Part shown: positions 1 to 10,556 of the stretch, in pieces | How positions within the stretch are numbered: the first letter of the stretch is position 1 | How the letters are laid out: every line of letters starts with the position of its first letter | Assembly (NCBI GenBank): GCA_963745295.1 | Contig: CAVUWG010000003.1 | Coordinates: 611,706-675,705 of the forward strand | Length of the DNA: 64,000 nt | From: an uncultured Chloroflexia bacterium | GTDB taxonomy: Bacteria; Chloroflexota; Limnocylindria; Limnocylindrales; CSP1-4 | Direction: 5' to 3' | Program-made: the position numbers and the translations under genes | Notes under the pieces: generated by a model | What the model was told of the DNA's origin: nothing | Seen by the model: the letters and a program-made list of their open reading frames with translations, nothing else | Database searches by the model: none

Positions 1-192
1 GAGGTCGCGATCGTCTCGATGGAGGAGGCGCTCGTCGCCGACGGCGAGACCGTCCCCGATGGTTCGACGCCGTTCGAACGCGACCCGATGGTGCTGGGCC
101 TGAAGCCGGCGACCGCGCCGGCCGGGAGCACTGGGTCCGGTCCCGCGGCCGCCACGACGACGACACCGACCGATCCGCCAACGGGGTCATGA
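1..192 (+). CDS. C-terminal end of a DUF1385 (YqhQ-like) protein, 5' partial
   Basis: Frame 1 reads EVAIVSMEEAL...PTGS* with TGA overlapping the prfA ATG (ATGA). The EVAI motif and position upstream of prfA fit DUF1385. Confidence 0.6.
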   Translation, partial: EVAIVSMEEALVADGETVPDGSTPFERDPMVLGLKPATAPAGSTGSGPAAATTTTPTDPPTGS

Positions 193-1286
193 GCGAGCTC
201 GACGACAAGCTTTCCGAGGTCGCCCGCCAGTACGACGACGTCCAGGCCGAGCTGTCACGTCCCGAGGTGTCGGCCGACCCATCCGAGATCCGTCGCCTCG
301 GCAAGGAACTGTCCCGCCTGGAGCCCGTCGTCGAAGCGTTCCGGCGCCTGGAGGCCGTGCGCGCCGAACTCGCCAACCTCCGCGAGCTGCGCGACGCCGG
401 TGACGGCGACGAGGAGATCCGCGCGATGGCGCGCGACGAGATCGAGCCCCTCGAGGCCGACGAGGAGCGCCTGCTCTCGGAACTCAAGGTGCTCCTGCTC
501 CCGCGCGATCCCAACGACGACCGCGACGTCATCCTCGAGATCCGGGCCGGCGCCGGCGGCGAGGAGGCCGCGCTCTTCGCCAACGAGCTGCTGCGGATGT
601 ACCTCCGTTATGCCGATGCCCACAAGTTCTCCTACGACCTGATGAGCCTCAACGAGACCGGGATCGGCGGCATCAAGGAGGCGATCGTCGAGATCTCAGG
701 AGACGGCGCCTACAGCCGCCTGAAGTTCGAGGGTGGCGTCCATCGGATCCAGCGGGTGCCGTCCACCGAATCCTCGGGGCGGATCCACACCTCGACCGCG
801 ACCGTCGTCGTCATGCCCGAGGCCGACGAGGTCGAGATCGAGATCGACGAGGTCCGTGACCTGCGGATCGACGTCAAGCGCTCATCGGGGCCCGGCGGCC
901 AGTCGGTGAACACGACGGACTCCGCGGTCCGCATCACCCACCTGCCGACCGGGCTCGTCGTCGAGATCCAGGACGAGAAGAGCCAGCACAAGAACAAGGC
1001 CAAGGCGCTCGCGGTCCTGCGTTCGCGGTTGTGGGACCTTGAATTGCAGCGCCAGCGTGCCGCGGACTCGGCCGCCCGCCGGTCGATGGTCGGCTCGGGC
1101 GATCGGTCCGAGAAGGTCCGGACCTATAACGTCCCGGACAACCGGGTCACGGACCACCGGATCAAGATGACCGTGCACGACGTGCCGGGCGTCCTCCAGG
1201 GCGCGCTCGACCCGCTGATCGATGCGCTGGTGATGGCGGACCAGGCCGACCGCCTCTCTGGTCTGGGGAACGATGACGCTGCCTGA
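189..1286 (+). CDS. prfA: Peptide chain release factor 1
   Basis: GPGGQSVNTTDSAVR (GGQ), RVPSTES (PxT) and EIRAGAGGEEAALF motifs. Confidence 0.97.
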   Translation: MSELDDKLSEVARQYDDVQAELSRPEVSADPSEIRRLGKELSRLEPVVEAFRRLEAVRAELANLRELRDAGDGDEEIRAMARDEIEPLEADEERLLSELKVLLLPRDPNDDRDVILEIRAGAGGEEAALFANELLRMYLRYADAHKFSYDLMSLNETGIGGIKEAIVEISGDGAYSRLKFEGGVHRIQRVPSTESSGRIHTSTATVVVMPEADEVEIEIDEVRDLRIDVKRSSGPGGQSVNTTDSAVRITHLPTGLVVEIQDEKSQHKNKAKALAVLRSRLWDLELQRQRAADSAARRSMVGSGDRSEKVRTYNVPDNRVTDHRIKMTVHDVPGVLQGALDPLIDALVMADQADRLSGLGNDDAA

Positions 1287-3570
1287 GGTCTCGACCGTCC
1301 GGTTCATCGAGCCGCGCGTGATCCCCGTCGCCCGCGCCACGGACCTCGGCTCGGTCCAGGTCCTCAAGCACGGCAACCTGTACCAGCTCACCGATCCCTT
1401 CGGCGACATCCATCCCGATTCGCGAGGCCTCGGCGTCTACCACGGCGACACGCGGATCCTGTCGTGCTCGATCCTGCGCATCGGTGGCGCGCGGCCGGTC
1501 CTGCTCCAGGGCTCGATGGGCGGCAACTACCGCGGCCGGATCCAGCTGACGAACCCGAGTGCGGACCGCAACCCCGACGCCAAGGTCCATCCGCTCGATG
1601 ACCTCGTCGGGCGGACGATCGGCATCTCACGCGATCGGCTCATCGCGCGCGCGGCGCTCGAGGAGCGCGTGCGGATCGCCAGCCACAGCTCGCGGCCGGA
1701 GCGGATCACGCTCGAGCTCGAGCTGGGCTACGACGGAGCCGACATCTTCGAGGTCCGTGGCTATCCGCGACCGGCGCGCGGGACGCTGCTCCCCGTGGCG
1801 GTCACCGCCGACCGGGTCACGTTCCGGTACGACGGCCTCGACGGCATCCGGCGCTCGACCCACGTCGCCTTCTCCCAGCCCGCGTCGAAGGTCGAAGCCG
1901 TCGACCCGGTGACCGATCCGATCGACGTTGGCGCCGTCGTCCGATTGCACTGGGAGCTCGACCTCGAACCGGGCGCTGCGTCGAGCGTCGACTGGACCGT
2001 CTGGTCGAGCGAGGCGCCATCGCCGCCTGAAACGAACGGGCGCTCGTCGGCAGCGAAGGAGGCGCCGCAGGCCGCCGACATGGGAGCGCTCTTCCCGGAG
2101 CCGCCGCACGTGACCGGCGACGACGGCGCGGCCGCGTATCACGCGTGGGAGCGCGGGACCACGGCCGTGGACAGCGACCACGACCTGTTCAACCTCGTGA
2201 TCAAGCGATCGGTGGCGGACCTGCGGCTGCTCGTCAACGAAGGCCCCGGCCCGAACGAGCGCTACGTGGCGGCCGGCGTGCCGTGGTTCGCGACGCTGTT
2301 CGGCCGCGACGCGATCATCTCGGCGATCCAGTCGATCGCGTTCCGACCGCAACTGGCGGTCGAGACACTCGGCGTCCTGGCCGCGTACCAGGCCACCGAG
2401 ACCGACGACTGGCGCGACGCCGAGCCGGGCAAGATCCTCCATGAGATCCGGGCCGGCGAGATGGCGCACAGCGGTGAGCTGCCGCACACGCCGTACTACG
2501 GCTCGGTGGATTCGACACCGCTCTGGCTCATCCTCCTCGGGACGACCTTCGACTGGACCGGCGACCGCGCGCTGCTCGACCGGCTGTGGCCGAACGCGAT
2601 GGCGGCGCTCGAGTGGATCGACAAGTACGGCGATCGGGACGGCGACGGGTTCGTCGAGTACGAGCGGCGCTCGGAGCGCGGCCTACTGAACCAGGGCTGG
2701 AAGGATTCGAGCGACGCGATCCGGGACCGGGCCGGGACCGAGGCCGTGCCGCCGATCGCGCTGGCTGAGGTCCAGGGCTACGTCTACGACGCGAAACGTC
2801 GTCTGGCCGGCCTCGCGCGGGTGCGCGGCGAGACCGAGCTGGCCATCCGTCTCGACATCGAGGCCGACGCCCTCCAGGCCAAGTTCGACGAGGCCTTCTG
2901 GGTCGAGGACCAGGGGACGTACGCCCTCGCGCTCGATCGGGACAAGAAGCGCGCCGACGCGATCGGGTCGAACGCTGGCCAGTGCCTGTGGACGGGGATC
3001 GTCGCCCCGAAACGAGCGAGTGCCGTCGTCGACGGCCTGCTTTCGCCGGCCATGTTCTCGGGCTGGGGCATCCGCACGTACGCATCCGGCCAACCCGGTT
3101 ACAACCCGATCGGCTACCACACCGGCACGGTCTGGCCGCACGACACGTCGCTCATCGCGGCCGGCATGAAGCGCTACGGCTTCGATGACGCCGCCAACCG
3201 CCTCGTCGGCCCGATCCTCGAGGCTGCCCAGCGGTTCCCCGAGTACCGGCTGCCCGAGCTGTTCTGCGGCTTCGATCGCGACGAGTCAAGCATCCCGGTG
3301 CCCTATCCCGTGGCCTGTTCGCCCCAGGCCTGGGCGGCCGCCTCGTCCTTCCTGTTCCTGACGACGATGCTCGGCCTCGAGGCCCACGCGGATCGTGGCG
3401 AGCTGGAGCTGCGCCACCCGCACCTGCCCGACTGGATGGGCAAGGTGACGCTGACGAACCTTCGGGTCGGCGAGGCCTCGGTCGACCTCCTGTTCCACCG
3501 CTGGCGCGGGACGACCAGCGCCGAGGTCCTGCGCAAGGTCGGCGACGTCGCCGTCACGATCCGGCTCTGA
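1273..3570 (+). CDS. Amylo-alpha-1,6-glucosidase / glycogen debranching enzyme family protein
   Basis: AAGVPWFATLFGRD, EPGKILHE, YYGSVDSTPLW, NQGWKDS and YHTGTVWPHD motifs. Confidence 0.9.
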   Translation: MTLPEVSTVRFIEPRVIPVARATDLGSVQVLKHGNLYQLTDPFGDIHPDSRGLGVYHGDTRILSCSILRIGGARPVLLQGSMGGNYRGRIQLTNPSADRNPDAKVHPLDDLVGRTIGISRDRLIARAALEERVRIASHSSRPERITLELELGYDGADIFEVRGYPRPARGTLLPVAVTADRVTFRYDGLDGIRRSTHVAFSQPASKVEAVDPVTDPIDVGAVVRLHWELDLEPGAASSVDWTVWSSEAPSPPETNGRSSAAKEAPQAADMGALFPEPPHVTGDDGAAAYHAWERGTTAVDSDHDLFNLVIKRSVADLRLLVNEGPGPNERYVAAGVPWFATLFGRDAIISAIQSIAFRPQLAVETLGVLAAYQATETDDWRDAEPGKILHEIRAGEMAHSGELPHTPYYGSVDSTPLWLILLGTTFDWTGDRALLDRLWPNAMAALEWIDKYGDRDGDGFVEYERRSERGLLNQGWKDSSDAIRDRAGTEAVPPIALAEVQGYVYDAKRRLAGLARVRGETELAIRLDIEADALQAKFDEAFWVEDQGTYALALDRDKKRADAIGSNAGQCLWTGIVAPKRASAVVDGLLSPAMFSGWGIRTYASGQPGYNPIGYHTGTVWPHDTSLIAAGMKRYGFDDAANRLVGPILEAAQRFPEYRLPELFCGFDRDESSIPVPYPVACSPQAWAAASSFLFLTTMLGLEAHADRGELELRHPHLPDWMGKVTLTNLRVGEASVDLLFHRWRGTTSAEVLRKVGDVAVTIRL

Positions 3571-3586
3571 TGGTCGCGTCCCGCCC

Positions 3587-4486
3587 GTGACCCAGGTCGG
3601 GGTGCTGTTGCGCGAGGGGATCGAGCGGCTCACGGCGAGCGGTTCCGAGTCGCCGCGCCTCGACGCGGAGCTCCTGCTCGGGCACGCCATCGGCGTGGAC
3701 CGGATCGCGATCCTGGCCCATCCGGACGCACCGGTCGGGGCCGACGCCGAGGCGGCCTTTCGGGCACATCTCGAGCGACGCGCTGCCGGCGAGCCCGTGG
3801 CCTACATCCGCGGGCTCAAGGAGTTCTACGGCCTGGCCTTCACGGTGGACGAGCGGGCGCTCATCCCGCGGCCGGAGACGGAGCGCCTCGTCGAGCTGGC
3901 GGACGCCGAGGTCATGCGCCGACTCGCCGCGACGGCGCGACCGGTCGGATCGCCACCGATCCGCGTCCTCGACGTCGGCACCGGGAGCGGTGCCGTCGCG
4001 ATCGCCCTGCTGGCATCGATCCGGCGCCGGGGCGCCGTCGCGGAGGTCATCGTCATCGCCACCGACAGCTCCCCCGAGGCGTTGGACCTCGCGCGGGAGA
4101 ACGCGGTCGGTCACGCGGTCGCGGACCACCTGTCATTCCTGGAGGCCGACCTCCTGCCGCCGGTCATCGTCGACCCGTACGACATCGTCCTCGCGAACCT
4201 GCCATACGTCCGCACCGACGCGCTGGCCGGCCTGCCGATCGCTGCCTCGTTCGAACCGGTCGTGGCCCTCGACGGCGGTCCCGATGGGCTCGCGGTGATC
4301 GGCCGGCTGCTGGAACGTCTGCCGCAAGCGCTCGCGCCCGACGGGGTCGCGCTCCTCGAGGTCGGGGCGGACCAGGGCGAGGCGATCGTCGAGCTCGCCA
4401 CGTCCGTGCTGCCCGGCTGGCGCCTGACGGTGGTACCGGACCTGGCCGGCCTGCCCCGCGTCGCCCGCCTGGAGCGCCCGGCGTGA
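3587..4486 (+). CDS. prmC: Release factor N5-glutamine methyltransferase
   Basis: GEPVAYIRG, LIPRPETE, LDVGTGSGAVA, ANLPY and ALDGGPDGL motifs. Confidence 0.95.
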   Translation: MTQVGVLLREGIERLTASGSESPRLDAELLLGHAIGVDRIAILAHPDAPVGADAEAAFRAHLERRAAGEPVAYIRGLKEFYGLAFTVDERALIPRPETERLVELADAEVMRRLAATARPVGSPPIRVLDVGTGSGAVAIALLASIRRRGAVAEVIVIATDSSPEALDLARENAVGHAVADHLSFLEADLLPPVIVDPYDIVLANLPYVRTDALAGLPIAASFEPVVALDGGPDGLAVIGRLLERLPQALAPDGVALLEVGADQGEAIVELATSVLPGWRLTVVPDLAGLPRVARLERPA

Positions 4487-5409
4487 TCCGCTCGGCGATC
4501 GAACCGGTCGAGCCGGCCTTCCCGGTCCGGCTCATCGCGCTCGACATCGACGGGACGCTGGTCGGCGAGGACCTGGTCATCGGGCCGCAGACCCGGGACG
4601 CGGTCCGCGCGGCCGCCGCACGCGGGGTCGCCGTGTCCCTGGTCACCGGTCGCATGGTCTCGAGCGCGATGCGCTTCGCCCGTGAGCTCGGGCTGACCGA
4701 CCCGATCGTCGGCTACCAGGGCGGCCTGGTCCGCGCGATGCCTCCGGAGGGATCGACCCGGCTCGGCAAGCTGCTCGTCCACACGCCGCTGCCCGCGTCG
4801 GTCGCCCGTCAGATCGTGGCGTGGACAGTCGCCCACGGCCTGGACCCCCATCTGAACCACCTCGAGCGCTTCATCCTCCGCGCCGATGACCCGCGGGCCG
4901 ACGACTACTCGGCGTTCATGGGCGCTCGCGCCGAGCTCGTCCCCGACCTGGCAGGCTCGATCAGCCACCCGGTCACGAAGGTCCTCGCCGTGGGCGAGCC
5001 ACCGGTCCCGACCGAGATGGCGCCGCTCGCCGCCGCCCATTTCGCCGGCATCGCGGACGTGACGATCAGCCACCCGCGGTTCCTCGAATTCGTCGCGCCC
5101 GGCGTATCCAAGGGCCGTGCCATCCGCTGGCTCGCGCGACGGATGGGCGTGCCCCTCGGGCAGACCCTCGCGATCGGCGACCAGTGGAACGACCTCGAGA
5201 TGCTCGCCGAGGTCGGGCACGGGGCGGCGATGCCCACCGCGCCCGCCGCGGTCCGGGCCGTCGCCCGCTACATCGCGCCGCCGGTCGGCGAGGAGGGCGT
5301 GGCCGCCCTGATCGAATCGCTCGTCCTCGCCCCGTCAAAGGCGGCCCGCGAGGCGTCGCGTCGCTTGTCGGCCGAGGCCGCCGACGCCCGCGCTGGCGCG
5401 GCCTCCTGA
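4483..5409 (+). CDS. Cof-type HAD-IIB hydrolase
   Basis: DIDGTL, VTGR, SKGRA and IGDQWNDLEM motifs. Confidence 0.92.
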   Translation: MIRSAIEPVEPAFPVRLIALDIDGTLVGEDLVIGPQTRDAVRAAAARGVAVSLVTGRMVSSAMRFARELGLTDPIVGYQGGLVRAMPPEGSTRLGKLLVHTPLPASVARQIVAWTVAHGLDPHLNHLERFILRADDPRADDYSAFMGARAELVPDLAGSISHPVTKVLAVGEPPVPTEMAPLAAAHFAGIADVTISHPRFLEFVAPGVSKGRAIRWLARRMGVPLGQTLAIGDQWNDLEMLAEVGHGAAMPTAPAAVRAVARYIAPPVGEEGVAALIESLVLAPSKAAREASRRLSAEAADARAGAAS

Positions 5410-6060
5410 TGGCACGCATCGTCCCCGACGATCCGGCCGGCCGGGCCGCCGCGATCGAGGTGCTCCGGGACCGCGGCATCGTCGCGGTGCCGACCGACAC
5501 GGTCTACGGCATCGCGGTCGCGCTGGATACGCCCGGCGGCATCGAGCGCCTGTTCGAGGTGAAGGCGCGGCCGCCCGACAAGGGGATCGTCCTCCTGGTC
5601 GACGAGGTGGCCCAGGCCCGGGCGCTGGGAGTGATGGGGCCCAGCCGCCGAGGCACTCGCGGACGCCTGTTGGCCCGGCGGCCTGACGCTGGTCGTCGCG
5701 CAGCGCCCGGAGGTCCGGTTTCCGGATGTGCTCACGGCCGGGTCGTCCACGATCGGCCTGCGCGTCCCGGACCACGATGCCCCGCGCGCCCTCGCGCGCG
5801 ATCTCGGGCCACTGCCGGTCACCTCGGCCAACCTCTCGGGCCGGCCCGAGGGTCGTGACGCGGCCGAGATCGAAGAACTCTTCGGTCATTTGATCGAACT
5901 CGTCCTCGACGGGGGGCCCGCCCAGGGCGGTCCCGCCTCGACGGTCGTCGACGCGTCGGCAGATCGAGCCCGGATCCTCCGACCGGGAGCGATCCCGGCG
6001 GCGCGCCTCGTCGAGATCCTCGAGGCCGCCGGGATCCCGCACGACCTCGACTCGGACTGA
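5409..6060 (+). CDS. tsaC: Threonylcarbamoyl-AMP synthase (Sua5/YrdC), one apparent frameshift near 5637
   Basis: [11 protein letters not shown] and FEVKARP in one frame; [13 protein letters not shown] and TSANLSG in another. Removing one G from the GGGG run at 5636-5639 restores the ORF. Confidence 0.88.
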
Positions 6061-6158
6061 CCCGCGCCCCGTCGGTCGAGGCCGGACCCGTTCGTGGGAA
6101 GATAGCCAGCGGCGTGCCGGTCCGGACCACGAGACCGGCAGGAAGGAGTCGGCGAGCC

Positions 6159-7487
6159 ATGACCATCTCCCCAGTCAGGGGCGTCGCGCTTGAGTCGATC
6201 GCGGACGTCGACCCCGTCCTGTGGGAGGCGATGCTGGGTGAGCGACGCCGCCAGCACGACAAGATCGAGCTCATCGCCAGCGAGAACTACGTCTCGGCCG
6301 CCGTCATGGAGGCCCAGGGCAGCTGGCTGACGAACAAGTACGCCGAGGGCCTGCCCGGCAAGCGCTACTACGGCGGCTGCGAGTACGTGGACATCGCCGA
6401 GCGGCTCGCCCAGGAGCGTGCGCTGGCCCTCTTCCCGGGCGCCGAGCACGTCAACGTCCAGCCCCATTCGGGCGCGCAGGCGAACATGGTCGCCTACTTC
6501 AGCGTGCTCCAGCCGGGCGACCGGATCATGGGCATGAACCTCGCCCACGGCGGCCACCTGACCCACGGCATGGCCCTGAACTTCTCGGGCCGGCTCTACG
6601 AAGTCCACCCCTACGGCGTCCGCAAGGACACCGAGCGCATCGACTACGACGCCATGGAGGCCCAGGCGAAGGAGGTCCGGCCAAAGCTCATCGTCGGTGG
6701 GGCGAGCGCATATCCGCGGACCTGGGACTTCGATCGCATGGCCGCCATCGCGCGAAGCGTCGGAGCACTCCTGTTCATCGACATGGCCCATATCGCCGGC
6801 CTCGTCGCGGCCGGCGTCCATCCGAGCCCCTTCCCGCAAGCCGACATCGTCACGACGACCACGCACAAGACGCTGCGTGGCCCGCGCGGCGGGATGATCT
6901 TCAGCCGGGCCGAACTGCCGTCGTCGGTCGATGCGGCCGACTTCCCGGCCGTCAAGGGCACGCTGGCCGCCTCGGTGGACCGGAACGTGTTCCCGGGCAT
7001 CCAGGGCGGACCCCTCATGCAGGTCATCGCCGGCAAGGCCGTGGCCTTCAAGCTGGCCGCCGAGCCGGCGTTCCGCGAGGACCAGCGCCGGACCGTCGAG
7101 AACGCGCAGGTCATGGCCGAGACCCTCGCGAGCCTCGGGGCCCGGGTCGTCTCCGGCGGCACCGACAACCACCTGTTGCTCGTCGACGTGACGCCCCTGG
7201 GCGTCACCGGCAAGGAGGCCGAGCACCTGCTCGACGAGATCGGGATCACCGTCAACAAGAACGCGATCCCGTTCGACGAGCTGCCGCCCAACACGGCTTC
7301 GGGCATCCGCATCGGCACGCCGGCCACGACGTCCCGTGGGTTCGGGCCGGATGAGATGCGCACGATCGGCCGGATCATCATCGATGCCATCGGTCAGCGC
7401 GAGGACGCCGGAGCCCAGACCCGCCTGGCCGGCGAGGTGCGCGAGATCGTCGATCGGTTCCCGGTGCCGGGCCTGCCCGCGGCGTGA
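6159..7487 (+). CDS. glyA: Serine hydroxymethyltransferase
   Basis: ELIASEN, NKYAEG, GGHLTHG and [14 protein letters not shown] motifs; AAGGAG RBS before ATG 6159. Confidence 0.97.
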   Translation: MTISPVRGVALESIADVDPVLWEAMLGERRRQHDKIELIASENYVSAAVMEAQGSWLTNKYAEGLPGKRYYGGCEYVDIAERLAQERALALFPGAEHVNVQPHSGAQANMVAYFSVLQPGDRIMGMNLAHGGHLTHGMALNFSGRLYEVHPYGVRKDTERIDYDAMEAQAKEVRPKLIVGGASAYPRTWDFDRMAAIARSVGALLFIDMAHIAGLVAAGVHPSPFPQADIVTTTTHKTLRGPRGGMIFSRAELPSSVDAADFPAVKGTLAASVDRNVFPGIQGGPLMQVIAGKAVAFKLAAEPAFREDQRRTVENAQVMAETLASLGARVVSGGTDNHLLLVDVTPLGVTGKEAEHLLDEIGITVNKNAIPFDELPPNTASGIRIGTPATTSRGFGPDEMRTIGRIIIDAIGQREDAGAQTRLAGEVREIVDRFPVPGLPAA

Positions 7488-7551
7488 GGCCGAACCTCGT
7501 GGCCACCCGGCTCGCGGGTCCGGCCACCCGCGGGCCGCGTCGAGGGCCGCG

Positions 7552-8748
7552 ATGACCTTCATCTCGCTTGGCAGCGCGATCGGGCCGATCGCCCTCGCGT
7601 TCGCGGCTGCCGGGCTCCTGGCGCTCGTCCTGACGCCGATCGTCCGCCGGATCGTCATCCGCTACAAGGTGGTCGATCGACCGGAGGCCCGTCGGGTCAA
7701 CACGTCACCGATCCCGAGAGGCGGCGGCATCGCCGTCGCGACGGCGTTCCTCGTGGTGGTCGTGGTCTTCCTCCAGTTGAATGCCGAGCTCCTGCGCCTC
7801 CTCGTCCCGCTCCCACAGAGTCAGCTCGCGGCTCTCCTGGTGGGCGGCGCCCTGGCCGCCGCGATCGGTGCACTCGACGACCTCCTCGATCTCCGCGCGC
7901 GCTGGCAGCTGGCCGGTCAGATCAGCCTCGGGCTGTTCGCGGTGGTCCTCGGGATCAACATCGGGTTCATCGCGAACCCGTTCGGCGGTCCGGTGATCCG
8001 GTTCGAGGGCGCGGTCGCGGTCGCATTCACGGTCTTCTGGATCGTCGGGATGATCAACAGCATCAACTTCATCGACGGCCTCGACGGCCTCTCGTCCGGG
8101 ATCGCCTTCATCGCCGCCGTCACGCTGGGGCTCATCAGCCTGACCACGAACGTGAATCAGCCGCTCATCGCGGTCCTGTGCTTCATCCTGGCGGGCTCGC
8201 TGCTCGGGTTCCTTCGGTGGAACCTGCACCCGGCCTCGATCTTTCCCGGCACGAGCGGCGTCCAGTTCGTCGGGTACACGCTGGCGCTCCTCGCGATCCT
8301 TGGCACCGCCAAGGTCGCGGTCGCGCTGCTCGTCCTTGGCATCCCGATCATCGACACGTTCTGGATCATCGTTCGCCGGGTCTCGCAGGGACGGTCCCCG
8401 TTCAGTCCGGACCGCGGACACATCCACCACCGGATGCTCGACCTCGGCCTGTCCCATCGCCAGACCGTGTTCGCCATCTACGGGCTGTGCCTCGTGCTTG
8501 CGGTCCTCGCCCTGGCGCTCTCCGGGGTGACCCAGCTCTATGCGTTCGTCGGTGTCTTCCTCGCATTCGGGCTCGTGTTGTTCATCCCCACGCGTGGCGC
8601 GCTCCGCCGACCCGAGGAGCTGGAGGCGACGACGTACGACGACGGTCCGCGGCGACCCGCCGCGGACGATCCTCCCCGACCCGTGGCGGATGAACCGCCG
8701 CGACCCACGGCGGAGGATCCGACCCTGGAGATCCGGCGGCCCGGCTGA
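7552..8748 (+). CDS. WecA/TagO-type undecaprenyl-phosphate GlcNAc-1-phosphate transferase (MraY family)
   Basis: PRGGGIA, GALDD, NSINFIDGLDGL and DRGHIHHR motifs; polytopic membrane protein. Confidence 0.9.
   Translation: MTFISLGSAIGPIALAFAAAGLLALVLTPIVRRIVIRYKVVDRPEARRVNTSPIPRGGGIAVATAFLVVVVVFLQLNAELLRLLVPLPQSQLAALLVGGALAAAIGALDDLLDLRARWQLAGQISLGLFAVVLGINIGFIANPFGGPVIRFEGAVAVAFTVFWIVGMINSINFIDGLDGLSSGIAFIAAVTLGLISLTTNVNQPLIAVLCFILAGSLLGFLRWNLHPASIFPGTSGVQFVGYTLALLAILGTAKVAVALLVLGIPIIDTFWIIVRRVSQGRSPFSPDRGHIHHRMLDLGLSHRQTVFAIYGLCLVLAVLALALSGVTQLYAFVGVFLAFGLVLFIPTRGALRRPEELEATTYDDGPRRPAADDPPRPVADEPPRPTAEDPTLEIRRPG
8650..8721 (+). repeat. Three imperfect 24-bp tandem repeats encoding the (P/R)RPxA(D/E)(D/E)P tail
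   Basis: [24 protein letters not shown] at the C-terminus of the WecA-like protein. Confidence 0.7.
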
Positions 8749-8903
8749 CCCAGGACTTCCGTACTGGTGACGACTGCCAACGGTCCTGTCGGTCGTGTGT
8801 GGTGCGGTGCGAAGTGTGGCGGTGGGCCGATGTCGGGGGCGGTGCTAGCATCGAGCGGTACTGGTCCCGGCAGGGAGGCTGGGTCCGTTCACGCTGAGGT
8901 TCG

Positions 8904-10472
8904 ATGCCCCCGGAAATCATTCTCCTGATCGGAACGATGGCGGTCGCCGTCTTGGCCGTGATCGTGGGCCTGATTCGGGCTGTCCTGGAGCGGCGTCGGG
9001 CACCAAAACTGTGGGAGCAGTACCGCTCACGCCGGATCGACCCGCAACGCCTCGAGCGCGCGGTCCCGGGCCCGACGGCCGAGGACGGGACGATCAGGGC
9101 GCTCGAGAAGCAGGCGCCGGCGATGGGATCGCGGCCGGGGTTCGCCGCCCTCGCCCCCGTGACGGTCGAGCTGATCGGAGATACGAGAGCGCCCGACGAC
9201 GAGCTCGGGCCTGCGGATGCTTCGCCCGCGCACCCGTACGCGTACGCGTACGCGAGGGAGTCGGACGCGCCCGATTCCGAGCTCGAGTCCATCGTCATCG
9301 AGTCCGCCGTGCTCGTCGCCGACCCCGCGACCGAGCCCGAGCCTGAGATCGCGGCAGAACCCGCCCTTGCGACCGAGCCCGAGCATGAGCTCGAGCCCGA
9401 ACCTGAGGCCGAGCCAGCGGTCGCGGCGGATCCCGAACTTGAGCCCGAGCCTGGCCTGTCCGACGCGGCGATGGCCGAGCTGGGGATCGGCACGAAGAGC
9501 AAGCGGCGGTTCGGCAGGGGCGCCGCAGCGGCCGCGGCCGCCGCCGCAGTCTCCCCACCACCGGTCGTCGAACCCGTGTCGTCCGACGAGTCTGCCGTCG
9601 AGCCCGCCGCAGCCACGGCCGCGGCAGCGGTGGTCGATGCACCCGCCGAGCCCGCTGCCGCCTCGACCGAGCCCGTCCCGCTCTTCCTGCCTGGCACGTA
9701 CACGGAGGGCGCGGCCGATCTCGAGGAGCCGGCCATCAGGCGAAGCGACGCTCCCACGCGCGCTGCCGCGATGTCGGCCGGATACGCACCGACGGCCAGG
9801 GCCGTCTTCGTGCCGCCGCCGCCCGATGTCATCGAGGACGAACTCGCGTATCGGATCGGCGTCCGTGGCGCCCGTCGTCCTGAGCAGGCCGCCACGGAGG
9901 TCGCCAGCGGGCCCGAGGCGCTTGCTCCCGTCCTGCCCACGGTGGAAACGGAGGCATGGCCCGAGCGGCGCGGCCGTGCCCGGCGCCGGGCGGCCCTCGG
10001 GATGACTGCCGTCGCGGCCGCCGTCGTCCTGGCAGTCGGCGCCGGCACCGTGCCCGGTCTGCTCGAGCAAGGCGGCGTTCTCTCGGCGACCGGCCAGCCG
10101 CCGGCCTCGGCTGTGGGCGGTGTGGCCCTCGAGACGCCCAGTCCGTCGCTGTCGCCCCCGCCGCAGGCCTCGCCGTCGCCGGCCGCCCCCAGTCCGAGCC
10201 CGTCCCCGTCCGCCACGCCCCAGCCGACGCGCATCAACATCCGTCCGCCGATCGCCCGGTTCGACTGCACGAGCGACGGCCTTGTCGTGGCATGCGACGC
10301 GTCGAAGTCCAGTGGCGCCACCGACTACGTGTGGGACTTCGGGGAAGACGCGACGGTGCCCGGCGTGACAGCGTCCCACGCGTACAAGGCGCCGGGCAGC
10401 TACCTGGTCACGCTGACCGTCACCGGCCCGTCCGGGTCACGCAGCAGGTCGCAGTCGGTCATCGTCCCGTAG
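8904..10472 (+). CDS. Membrane protein with long acidic Pro/Glu region, second TM helix, Ser/Pro linker and C-terminal PKD domain
   Basis: YVWDFGED...ASHAYKAPGSYLVTLTVT PKD signature; two hydrophobic segments; EPEPE repeats. Confidence 0.75.
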   Translation: MPPEIILLIGTMAVAVLAVIVGLIRAVLERRRAPKLWEQYRSRRIDPQRLERAVPGPTAEDGTIRALEKQAPAMGSRPGFAALAPVTVELIGDTRAPDDELGPADASPAHPYAYAYARESDAPDSELESIVIESAVLVADPATEPEPEIAAEPALATEPEHELEPEPEAEPAVAADPELEPEPGLSDAAMAELGIGTKSKRRFGRGAAAAAAAAAVSPPPVVEPVSSDESAVEPAAATAAAAVVDAPAEPAAASTEPVPLFLPGTYTEGAADLEEPAIRRSDAPTRAAAMSAGYAPTARAVFVPPPPDVIEDELAYRIGVRGARRPEQAATEVASGPEALAPVLPTVETEAWPERRGRARRRAALGMTAVAAAVVLAVGAGTVPGLLEQGGVLSATGQPPASAVGGVALETPSPSLSPPPQASPSPAAPSPSPSPSATPQPTRINIRPPIARFDCTSDGLVVACDASKSSGATDYVWDFGEDATVPGVTASHAYKAPGSYLVTLTVTGPSGSRSRSQSVIVP

Positions 10473-10556
10473 CCATCCGAGCACCAAGGTTGCGGGACGG
10501 TCGCGGCGACCCGCCGGTCGCCTCTGATATACTTCGGCCGCCTTGACAGGTCGCCC

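Noticed and set aside
5630-5645. Programmed frameshift or phase variation in tsaC
   Set aside because: One extra G in a 4-G run of a near-universal gene; a homopolymer error is more likely. The same applies to the isolated shifts at 52.8-57.2 kb and 63.6 kb.
6061-6158. Riboswitch (ZTP/glycine/THF) upstream of glyA
   Set aside because: Only a short hairpin (TGCCGGTC...GACCGGCA) is visible, with no recognisable aptamer consensus. An Rfam scan would settle it.
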